From Chloroflexota bacterium (lineage in GTDB: Bacteria > Chloroflexota > Dehalococcoidia > DSTF01 > JACRBR01), in NCBI GenBank assembly GCA_025355835.1, contig JANXYW010000396.1:1-34643 (forward strand): a stretch of 34,643 bases of DNA, read 5' to 3'. A program made the position numbers and the translations under genes. Below, piece after piece: positions 1 to 8,248 of this stretch; position 1 is the stretch's first letter; every line of letters starts with the position of its first letter. Below the pieces are notes generated by a model. The model had not been told where the DNA came from. It worked only from the letters and a program-made list of their open reading frames with translations, and ran no database searches.

Positions 1-290
1 CCGCTCAATCGGCGGATCTCCGCGATATCTTTGCCTTGCACGACATCCGACATCATCGAGCCCGACGCCTGGCTGATCGCGCAGCCGCGCCCAATGACGC
101 CGATGTCCGCCAGCGTCTCGCCGTCGAACACCAGCTCCATCTCGACTTCATCGCCGCACACGGGGTTGTAGCCTTCGGCCACAACATCGGCGCGCGCCAG
201 CTTCGTGTGGTGGCGCGGGCTCTTGTAGTGGTCGAGGATCAGCTCGCGATAGAGCTCGTCCAGCTCAAGCTCTGGCTGTGGTTGTGACAC
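1..290 (-). CDS. sufU: SUF-system Fe-S cluster scaffold SufU/IscU-like protein. The N-terminal part is present; the 3-prime end runs off the window.
   Basis: The minus-strand translation from GTG at 290 reads VSQPQPELELDELYRELILDHYKSPRHHTKLARADVVAEGYNPVCGDEVEMELVFDG...IGRGCAISQASGSMM. This has the typical SufU/NifU-type N-terminus and Cys motifs. The gene lies directly downstream of sufS. An alternative in-frame ATG exists at 323. The ORF track omits it because it is open at the window edge. Confidence 0.8.
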   Translation of the reverse strand, partial: MSQPQPELELDELYRELILDHYKSPRHHTKLARADVVAEGYNPVCGDEVEMELVFDGETLADIGVIGRGCAISQASGSMMSDVVQGKDIAEIRRLS

Positions 291-1515
291 GTCCGAATAT
301 CCTGTCCGCTGCGCCGAGGCCATCGACGAGCGCATCCACTTCATCGTTCCGGTTGTAGATATAGAAGCTGGCCCGCGCGGTCGCGACGCAGCCCAGGCGG
401 CGCATCAGCGGCTGCGCGCAGTGATGACCGGCGCGAATCGCGATGCCCTGTTGGTCCAGCACCTGGCTCAGATCGTGCGGGTGCACTTCGCCGTAGTTGA
501 ACGTGACGGCGCCACCTTTGTCGTGCGCGTCCTTCGGCCCGTACACCGTCACGCCCTCGACAGCCGAAAGCGCATCGATCGCGTACTGCGTGATCGCCAT
601 CTCGTGCTCGCGCACAGCGCTCATGCCGATGTCTTCGAGGTAGTCGATCGCCGCGCCAAACGCGATCACGTCGGCGATGTTCGGCGTACCCGCCTCGAAC
701 TTGTTCGGCAGCGCCGCGTACGTGCTCGATTCGTACGACACCTTCATGATCATCTCGCCGCCGCCCAGGAATGGATCCATGGCGTTCAGCAGATCGCGCT
801 TGCCGTACAGCACACCCACGCCCGTCGGCCCCAGCATCTTGTGCGACGAGAACGCCAGGAAGTCGCAGTCGAGGTCACGCACGTCGACCGGCATGTGCGG
901 AACGCTCTGCGCGCCGTCGACCAGCACAACCGCGCCGTATCGATGCGCGATCGCGGCGATCGCTTTGATCGGATTGATCGTGCCCAGCACGTTCGACATC
1001 TGTGTGATCGCAACGATCTTCGTCTTCGCGCCGATCTTCGCCAGCACATCGTCCCAGATCAGCTTGCCTTCGTCGTCGATCTCGATGTAGCGTAGCGTCG
1101 CACCTGTCGCTTGCGCGATCATCTGCCACGGCACAAGATTGCTGTGATGCTCCATCGCCGTGAACACGATCTCGTCGCCCGGCTTGAGGAACTTGCGCCC
1201 CCATGCGTTCGAGACGAGGTTGATCGATTCCGTCGTGTTGCGCGTGAAGATGGTCTCTTCAGCAGGAAACTCGGCATTGATGAAGCGCCCAGCCTTTAGC
1301 CGCGTCGCCTCGTATGCCGCCGTCGCCTCTTCCGCAAGCGTGTGCAGCCCGCGATGGATGTTCGCGTTGTAGTGCTCGTAGTAGTGCACAAGCGCATCGA
1401 TCACCGAGCGCGGCTTCTGCGTCGTCGCCGCGTTGTCGAGATACACAAGCGGCACGCCGTGCACCTGCCGGTCGAGAATGGGGAAGTCTCTGCGTATCTG
1501 CTCGATGTCGTACAT
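265..1515 (-). CDS. sufS: Cysteine desulfurase, SufS family (class V aminotransferase)
   Basis: 416 aa ORF. It has the PLP-lysine motif SSHKMLGPTGVGVLYG and the active-site Cys in RAGHHCAQPL, and it sits in the suf operon. Confidence 0.95.
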   Translation of the reverse strand: MYDIEQIRRDFPILDRQVHGVPLVYLDNAATTQKPRSVIDALVHYYEHYNANIHRGLHTLAEEATAAYEATRLKAGRFINAEFPAEETIFTRNTTESINLVSNAWGRKFLKPGDEIVFTAMEHHSNLVPWQMIAQATGATLRYIEIDDEGKLIWDDVLAKIGAKTKIVAITQMSNVLGTINPIKAIAAIAHRYGAVVLVDGAQSVPHMPVDVRDLDCDFLAFSSHKMLGPTGVGVLYGKRDLLNAMDPFLGGGEMIMKVSYESSTYAALPNKFEAGTPNIADVIAFGAAIDYLEDIGMSAVREHEMAITQYAIDALSAVEGVTVYGPKDAHDKGGAVTFNYGEVHPHDLSQVLDQQGIAIRAGHHCAQPLMRRLGCVATARASFYIYNRNDEVDALVDGLGAADRIFGRVTTTARA

Positions 1516-1523
1516 GTCTCATG

Positions 1524-1594
1524 TCTCTCGGTCGTTCAGTCGCTCAGTCTGTCAGCACCACCTCGTCGTCTTGAGCGACTGAACGACCGAGAGA
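1524..1594. repeat. Perfect 23-bp inverted repeat (hairpin with 25-nt loop) in the Rieske-sufS spacer
   Basis: The left arm tctctcggtcgttcagtcgctca (1524-1546) is the exact reverse complement of tgagcgactgaacgaccgagaga (1572-1594). An extra copy of ctgaacgac follows at 1595-1603. The arms are built from 8-nt units of the form GTCG(T/C)TCA. Confidence 0.9.
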
Positions 1595-1606
1595 CTGAAC
1601 GACTTC

Positions 1607-1915
1607 CTACCCCACGTCCACCTTCACGTCGTCGCCGACGATCTCGACGCGATACGTCTTCACCGGCCGCACCGCCGGCAGCACCGTCGCGCGCCCCGTC
1701 GTTACGTCGAACTTTGCGCCATGCCGCGGACACTCGACTTGCTCGCCGTCGAGTTCGCCCTGGTCGAGCGGCCCGCCGTCGTGCGTGCACACGTCGTCGA
1801 TCGCGTAGAAGCGCCCATTCACGTTGCACAGCGCGATGCTCACACCGCCAACATCGTGCACGCTGATCGTTCCCGGCGGCGTATCACTAACCTTCGCGAC
1901 CGTCTCTAACGCCAT
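1607..1915 (-). CDS. Rieske [2Fe-2S] ferredoxin-like protein (non-heme iron oxygenase ferredoxin subunit type)
   Basis: 102 aa ORF with the Rieske ligand motifs CTHDGGPL and CPRHGAKF. It is embedded between sufD and sufS. Confidence 0.85.
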   Translation of the reverse strand: MALETVAKVSDTPPGTISVHDVGGVSIALCNVNGRFYAIDDVCTHDGGPLDQGELDGEQVECPRHGAKFDVTTGRATVLPAVRPVKTYRVEIVGDDVKVDVG

Positions 1916-1989
1916 TCAAGAACCCTTCGTCGTCCGCACCTGGCGATCCCGTTTCCCGCATCTCGTCTCCCGCTTCCATGCGCGCAGCG

Positions 1990-3381
1990 CTACGCGCTCA
2001 GCACGTCGTCGTACGACAGCGTGCCGGAACCACCGCCCGCCTTCGCGAGCATCGCTGTCATGATGCGCGACCGCAGTGCCACATTCGGGATGCGATCGAC
2101 GACGCTCGCGAAGTATCCCTCGACAAGCATGCGCTCGGCGACGGTGCGCGGGATAGCGCGCGCCTCCAGGTAGAACAACTCGTTCTCGTCGACCGGCCCC
2201 GCCGTCGCGCCGTGGCTGCACTTCGATACGTCGTGTGCCTTGATCTCGAGAATCGGGATCGGCGACGCTTTCGCGTGCTCGCTCAGCAACAGGTTGCGCG
2301 ACGTCTGATTCGCCTCGCTTCCTCCCGCGGTCTCGTTGATACGCGTGATGCCATACCACACCAGCGACGCGCTATCCGTCAGCGCCGACTTGAACTGCAG
2401 GTCGCTGATCGTGCTCTTGCCAACGTGGTTCTGCAGCGTGTTGTAGTCGAAGTGCTGGCTGCCATCACCGAACGTCACGCCGAGCAGCGTCACCCGCGCG
2501 CCCGCGTTCGGCATCTCCGCATCGATGCGCATCTTCGTCACCTTGCTGCCGATGCCGGCTGCCATGGTGAGCACTTCCGCATCTCGCCCGAGGATCGCAC
2601 GCACGGTGTTGAAGTTGTTGACGCTGCCGCCCCAGCGGTTGATCGAGTAGTAGTCGACCTTCGCGCCGTCGCCCGCGTAGATCTCGACCGCGCCGCTCAC
2701 GAAGCCTGCGCTCCCCTTCTCCCCCAGTGGGAGAGGGGGCTGGGGGGAGAGGGGGCCGCCGTCGGGCGATTGCGTCTCATCGACGAATATCACCCTGCTG
2801 TTCGGCTCCGCGACGATGATCGTGTGCGGGAACGCCGCCAGCCCGTCGGCCGACACGCTCGTCGAGAGCTGCACGGGCAGCGCGATCTCGACGCCCTTCG
2901 GCACGTAGAGGAAGCACCCACCCGACCACAGCGCGGCGTTCAGCGCGACGAACTTCCATTCGCTCGGCCGCACCGCATCCGACAGATAGCGCTTCAACAG
3001 TTCTTCGTGCTCGCGAGCAGCCGTGTGCAGATCGCATAGAATCACGCCGCGCGCCGCCAGCTCCGGATCGAGCTGCACCGCGACCACATCAGCATCCCGC
3101 TGCACGAGCTGTCCCGCCAGCGATCCATCACGCGCAGCAGCGTCGTCCGCGAGCGGCATAGCCGCCATCGCCAGCCGTGCACCATCGAAGCGCATCGCAC
3201 GCACGTCGGTACGACGCCACTCCTCATCGCCCGGATCCGGCAGATCCATCGCCACATACGTGCGCCAAGCCGTCCACCGCCGCTCCGCCAACCACTCCGG
3301 CGCATCGCTCCGCGCAATCAGCGCATCAACATCGGCTTCCGTCACCGACGGCAATCCGGATCCAACCACTGTCTCTGTCAT
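1990..3381 (-). CDS. sufD: Fe-S cluster assembly protein SufD
   Basis: 463 aa ORF located after sufB. It has a SufB/SufD-family beta-helix C-terminal region (IPILEIKAHDVSKCSHGATAGPVDENELFYLEARAI). A GGAGA ribosome-binding site lies about 7 nt upstream of the ATG at 3381. Confidence 0.9.
   Translation of the reverse strand: MTETVVGSGLPSVTEADVDALIARSDAPEWLAERRWTAWRTYVAMDLPDPGDEEWRRTDVRAMRFDGARLAMAAMPLADDAAARDGSLAGQLVQRDADVVAVQLDPELAARGVILCDLHTAAREHEELLKRYLSDAVRPSEWKFVALNAALWSGGCFLYVPKGVEIALPVQLSTSVSADGLAAFPHTIIVAEPNSRVIFVDETQSPDGGPLSPQPPLPLGEKGSAGFVSGAVEIYAGDGAKVDYYSINRWGGSVNNFNTVRAILGRDAEVLTMAAGIGSKVTKMRIDAEMPNAGARVTLLGVTFGDGSQHFDYNTLQNHVGKSTISDLQFKSALTDSASLVWYGITRINETAGGSEANQTSRNLLLSEHAKASPIPILEIKAHDVSKCSHGATAGPVDENELFYLEARAIPRTVAERMLVEGYFASVVDRIPNVALRSRIMTAMLAKAGGGSGTLSYDDVLSA
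2712..2756. repeat. REP-like palindromic element embedded in-frame in sufD
   Basis: The sequence tccccttctcccccagtgggagagggggctggggggagagggggc has the same architecture (CCCTCTCC..GGGAGAGGGG then GGGG.GAGGGG) as the intergenic copies at 3443, 3521 and 33228. It encodes PLSPQPPLPLGEKG within SufD. Confidence 0.6.
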
Positions 3382-3442
3382 CTACATCTCCGGGCGCATG
3401 AACGAGCGCCCACCAATTCGGATGTCAAACCGAATCATCATT

Positions 3443-3493
3443 CCAATCCCCTCTCCACGACGTGGAGAGGGGTGGCCGAAGGCCGGGGTGAGG
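3443..3493. repeat. Palindromic repeat, family B, copy 1 (sufB-sufD spacer)
   Basis: ccaatcccctctccacgacgtggagaggggtggccgaaggccggggtgagg. The 11-bp stem is CCCCTCTCCAC/GTGGAGAGGGG. Confidence 0.85.
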
Positions 3494-3520
3494 TGCTCGA
3501 TTCCCAAGCCAACTCCCCAT

Positions 3521-3570
3521 CCAATCCCCTCTCCACGCTGTGGAGAGGGGTGCCGAAGGCCGGGGTGAGG
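3521..3570. repeat. Palindromic repeat, family B, copy 2 (sufB-sufD spacer)
   Basis: ccaatcccctctccacgctgtggagaggggtgccgaaggccggggtgagg. It is near-identical to copy 1 and lies 78 nt away from it. Confidence 0.85.
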
Positions 3571-3574
3571 CCCC

Positions 3575-5005
<1,431 letters not shown>

Positions 5006-5007
5006 AG

Positions 5008-5790
5008 CTACGCCTTCTCTCCGGCCGCCGCCAACGCGGGGCCATACTTCGCGATCACCGGGTCGTATCCCTGCTCTTCAAGCTGCAACGCCAGCTCGGC
5101 GCCGCCCGACTGAATGATCCGCCCCTGATAGAGGATGTGAACGAACTGCGGCGTGATGTAGTTCAGCAGCCGCTGGTAGTGCGTGATCAGCACGATGCCC
5201 AGCTTCGGCGACGTCAGCGCATTGATGCCTTCAGCCACGGTTCGCAGCGCGTCGATGTCGAGGCCCGAGTCCGTCTCGTCCATGATCGCCAGGTCCGGAT
5301 CCAGAATGCCCATCTGCAGGATCTCGGCGCGCTTCTTCTCGCCGCCCGAGAAGCCTTCATTGACGTAGCGGCGGGCGAACTGCTCGTCCATCTTCAGTAG
5401 TTTCATCGTCGCCAGCAGCTTCTCGCGAAACTCGCGCACCGGCACGTCTTCGCCGCGCACTGCCTTCATCGCCTGGCGCAGGAAGTTGACCATGGTCACG
5501 CCGGGAATGCTCGTCGGGTACTGGAACGCGAGGAACATCCCCGCCTGCGCGCGCTTGTCCGGCGAGAGGCCGAAGATGTTCTGGCCCTTGAACAGCACGG
5601 TGCCTTCCGTGATCGCATACTTCGGGTGGCCCATCAGCGCGTTCGCCAGCGTGCTCTTGCCCGAGCCGTTCGGCCCCATGATCGCGTGCACTTCGCCGCG
5701 ATTCACCACGAGGTCGACGCCGTTCAGGATCTGCTTCCCGTCGACGGCAACCTTCAGGCCGCTAATCTTCAACAGTACTTCGTCCGCCAT
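5008..5790 (-). CDS. sufC: Fe-S cluster assembly ATPase SufC
   Basis: ABC ATPase with Walker [10 protein letters not shown], signature FSGGEKKR and Walker [14 protein letters not shown] trimmed the start to the ATG at 5790 ([12 protein letters not shown]), which has a GAGGA site upstream. The ORF-track start at 5838 adds an Arg-rich extension that looks spurious. Confidence 0.93.
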   Translation of the reverse strand: MADEVLLKISGLKVAVDGKQILNGVDLVVNRGEVHAIMGPNGSGKSTLANALMGHPKYAITEGTVLFKGQNIFGLSPDKRAQAGMFLAFQYPTSIPGVTMVNFLRQAMKAVRGEDVPVREFREKLLATMKLLKMDEQFARRYVNEGFSGGEKKRAEILQMGILDPDLAIMDETDSGLDIDALRTVAEGINALTSPKLGIVLITHYQRLLNYITPQFVHILYQGRIIQSGGAELALQLEEQGYDPVIAKYGPALAAAGEKA

Positions 5791-5846
5791 CCGTCCTCTT
5801 CTCTCTCGATACCGAGCGGCGCGACCACGCCCGCCCACCTACTTCG

Positions 5847-6482
5847 TTACTTCGCCTTGGCCTCGACGTACTCGACGTCGCGAATCACGTACTCGCACAT
5901 GTGGTGGCCATCGACGATCCGGCTCACCTGCTCCACCGGCACGCCGATCAGCGACTCCACGACCCTGTGGTCCGCATTGCATGGCGCGTCAGATGCTTCC
6001 GCCGCTTTGCGGTACGGGCACGTCGTGTTCATCAGGTGGAAGCCGTCGTCGTCCTTCCGCCAGTGGTCGACAATGCCCTCTTCCTTGAGCGCGATGCTCG
6101 TCTCCGCGACCCGTTGGCCGAGCGTCAAACCCGTCACCTGCTGCCGGTGCGCCCCCGCCACGTCTTCGGCAACGCCGTTGAACAGCTCGATCAGCAGCGG
6201 CGCCGAGTTCGGCTGCGAGGCGAGCCGCTTCACCATGCGGTCCACAAGCCGCGGATAGTGCGAACTCATCTCCTCGGCCAGCTCCGTGAGCTTGTAGAGG
6301 TACGATGGCCGCCCGATCTCGTGCCGACGTATCGTTACGTCAACCAAGCCCTCCGCTCGCATCACTTCAAGGTGGCGGCGGATGTTTGCCTGGTTCAGGC
6401 TGAGATCGCCGGAGATATCCGCAACGGTAGCTTCGCCGCGAACGGCGAGCACGTCACGCATCAGGTCTCGTGTGGACTTCAT
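5847..6482 (-). CDS. sufR: SufR-like winged-helix (ArsR/DeoR-type HTH) transcriptional regulator with a C-terminal Cys cluster
   Basis: 211 aa ORF with an N-terminal HTH (ATVADISGDLSLNQANIRRHLEVM) and C-terminal cysteines, including a C-X12-C motif (CPYRKAAEASDAPC) plus a further Cys. It is the first gene of the suf operon. Confidence 0.7.
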   Translation of the reverse strand: MKSTRDLMRDVLAVRGEATVADISGDLSLNQANIRRHLEVMRAEGLVDVTIRRHEIGRPSYLYKLTELAEEMSSHYPRLVDRMVKRLASQPNSAPLLIELFNGVAEDVAGAHRQQVTGLTLGQRVAETSIALKEEGIVDHWRKDDDGFHLMNTTCPYRKAAEASDAPCNADHRVVESLIGVPVEQVSRIVDGHHMCEYVIRDVEYVEAKAK

Positions 6483-6491
6483 CGCCCTTCG

Positions 6492-6520
6492 ATCGTAGAT
6501 CGCCCCGACCGTCGTATCAA
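6492..6520 (-). promoter_or_regulatory. Candidate sigma-70-type promoter for sufR
   Basis: The minus strand reads TTGATA (6520-6515), a 17-nt spacer, then TACGAT (6497-6492), then 9 nt to the ATG at 6482. This was found by eye only. Confidence 0.3.
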
Positions 6521-6624
6521 GCGAAAAGCGACTTAAAATGCACTTTTATACAAAAATAGCCGCCAAGAGCGGCGAACGGCTGCGATCGGGTGCGCGGCGA
6601 CCGGAGAATCCGTGTCGAAGAGCC

Positions 6625-6682
6625 GGAAGAAGTACCCCGAAAACGGAAGGAAGTACCGCCCGAGGCCAAGAGAAGTACCCGC
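6625..6682. repeat. Three phased direct repeats with core GAAG(A/G)AGTACC, spaced 21-22 nt
   Basis: AAGTACC occurs at 6630-6636, 6651-6657 and 6673-6679, each time within ggaagaagtacccc / ggaaggaagtaccgccc / aagagaagtacccgc. Confidence 0.6.
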
Positions 6683-6744
6683 GGAGCTTCACCTCCGCCC
6701 AATCGTCGAAACGCAGAGAAAGGTGGATGGCGGCCGCGCAGCGC

Positions 6745-6770
6745 GTGGCATAGCCGTCCCCGGCTGTGTG
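6745..6770. repeat. Palindromic repeat, family A, copy 1
   Basis: gtggcatagccgtccccggctgtgtg, a short hairpin of the form (C/T)AGCC-loop-GGCTG. Confidence 0.75.
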
Positions 6771-6843
6771 TCCGGCAAAGCCGAATCGACGCTCGCCTAC
6801 AGTCCACGTGAAAACACAGGGTGGCGTGCGACACCGGAGCGAT

Positions 6844-6869
6844 GTGGCACAGCCGCCCCCGGCTGTGAG
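6844..6869. repeat. Palindromic repeat, family A, copy 2
   Basis: gtggcacagccgcccccggctgtgag, 99 nt from copy 1. A third copy lies at 33143 and a degenerate one at 19595. Confidence 0.75.
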
Positions 6870-6894
6870 CCCCGCATATCCGAACCCAGAAGCC

Positions 6895-7821
6895 CTACGG
6901 CGCACCCTTCAGCTTGTTATCGATAATCTTCGCGAGCGCGACCTCATCCACATCATTCGCCAATGAATCCGAAAACGCCATCCGCAAGATGCCGCCGGCG
7001 TAGTCGCCCCGTGCGAACAGATAGATCCGCATCGTGATCGCCAGCTTCGAGAGATCGGGCGCGTCGGGCGCAGGTGTCGCATCACCAGCGAGTCCGCTGA
7101 AGATGCTGGCGATAGCACTCAAATCGATCGTCATCTGGAACCCGACGTTCCCATCGCCAAGTCCGGGCGCCTCGAGCACTTTGACGTTCTTGATCAACAC
7201 GAGGCTGCTGTCACCGCCACCAGCACCCTCGGCAAGCGTGTCCTTGAGATCCTGTTCGTTCAGCGACTTGATCGAGTCGAAGGCCTCGCCGAGGCTCTGT
7301 AGGTCATCCGGCTTCAGCACCATCGCCATCAGCATGCCGGCCTTCGAGAAGTCCGTCTTGTCCGACGGATCGCCAGTGCTCGCAATCTCCGCCGATACAT
7401 CAATGCCGCCCGAATCGGAGATGCCGTCCGGCGCACGGAAGTTGAACTGCCCCTGCGGCGTGTACCCGTCCGGCAGATCCGAGTTCGCCGGCAGATACTT
7501 CGCCAGCGACGGGTCGCCTTCGCCAAGGCCGCCGGCGCCGCTCGCGTCCGGGGCGCCGCTCAGCGCGCTCGAGAACAGCGATCCGAACAGCCCGCTGATT
7601 GTCTTCTCGCTCTTGCTGCTCGTCCCCGGCGTCGCCGACTTCCCAGCCGTCGCCGTTTTCGATGACCCGGGCGTCTTCGAGGCGATCTTCGCCGTCGCCG
7701 AAGCCGCCGGCTTCTCAGTCGACGCGGCCGGTTCCGCCGTCGGCGACTTCTTGTCGCCGCCGCCGCACGCCGCAGCTGCGGACGCCATCACGATGACGAG
7801 AGAGAACAACGCGCGCTTCAA
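6895..7821 (-). CDS. Lipoprotein of unknown function with a Ser/Thr/Ala/Pro-rich linker
   Basis: I trimmed the start to TTG at 7821, which has a GGAGG site 7 nt upstream. This gives MKRALFSLVIVMASAAAACGGG, a signal peptide with a lipobox. I recognised no family. Confidence 0.65.
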   Translation of the reverse strand: MKRALFSLVIVMASAAAACGGGDKKSPTAEPAASTEKPAASATAKIASKTPGSSKTATAGKSATPGTSSKSEKTISGLFGSLFSSALSGAPDASGAGGLGEGDPSLAKYLPANSDLPDGYTPQGQFNFRAPDGISDSGGIDVSAEIASTGDPSDKTDFSKAGMLMAMVLKPDDLQSLGEAFDSIKSLNEQDLKDTLAEGAGGGDSSLVLIKNVKVLEAPGLGDGNVGFQMTIDLSAIASIFSGLAGDATPAPDAPDLSKLAITMRIYLFARGDYAGGILRMAFSDSLANDVDEVALAKIIDNKLKGAP

Positions 7822-7891
7822 GACAGCACCTCCTACGGGGGCGTCGATGCCCTTAGGGATATAGTCGGCAAACGATGCACCGCTCGCCACG

Positions 7892-8245
7892 CTACAACGC
7901 GGCCAGAGCCTGTCGTTCCGTGGCTGTCAGCTTCGAAACGATGAGTTCATACGAGTTGGAGATCATCTCCCGCATCAGCGATGCAGGCACGCTGCCGTCC
8001 AGCTCGACGGTGTTCCAGTGCGTCTTGTTGAGGTGATATCCGGGCGTGATCGCCGCGTGATTCGCGCGCAAGATCCGCGCCAGGACCGGGTCGCACTTGA
8101 GGCTGATGCTCCACGGCGCGGCTTCCGGCATCAGCGCGAAGAGCTTGCTCGACACCTTGTACACGCGCACCTCGGGACCGAACGGATACTCGCACCTCGC
8201 GCCGCGAAGCTTCGCACAGTACATGCGAGTCGCGCGCGCATTCAC
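7892..8245 (-). CDS. MmcQ/YjbR-family protein (predicted DNA-binding)
   Basis: 117 aa ORF. YCAKLRGARCEYPFGPEVRVYKVSSKLFALM ... ITPGYHLNKTHWNTV resembles the YjbR fold family as I recall it. Confidence 0.6.
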   Translation of the reverse strand: MNARATRMYCAKLRGARCEYPFGPEVRVYKVSSKLFALMPEAAPWSISLKCDPVLARILRANHAAITPGYHLNKTHWNTVELDGSVPASLMREMISNSYELIVSKLTATERQALAAL

Positions 8246-8248
8246 GCG

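Noticed and set aside
3443-3570. Possible mini-CRISPR array (two 50-nt repeats with a 27-nt spacer). The same question arises for 21999-22240.
   Set aside because: There are only two copies, and the repeat also occurs singly elsewhere (33228) and inside sufD. No cas genes are present. In 21999-22240 the sequence between the sub-repeats is itself duplicated, so it is a tandem repeat, not a repeat-spacer array.
5791-5838. 16-aa N-terminal extension of SufC ([16 protein letters not shown])
   Set aside because: It is Arg-rich and would nearly abut the sufR stop. The internal ATG at 5790 has a good GAGGA site and yields the canonical SufC N-terminus.
6517-6966. Cluster of 65-120 aa ORFs on both strands in the sufR upstream intergenic region
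   Set aside because: They are generated by the family A palindromes and the GAAGTACC repeats. They overlap one another in several frames and have no ribosome-binding sites and no protein-like composition.
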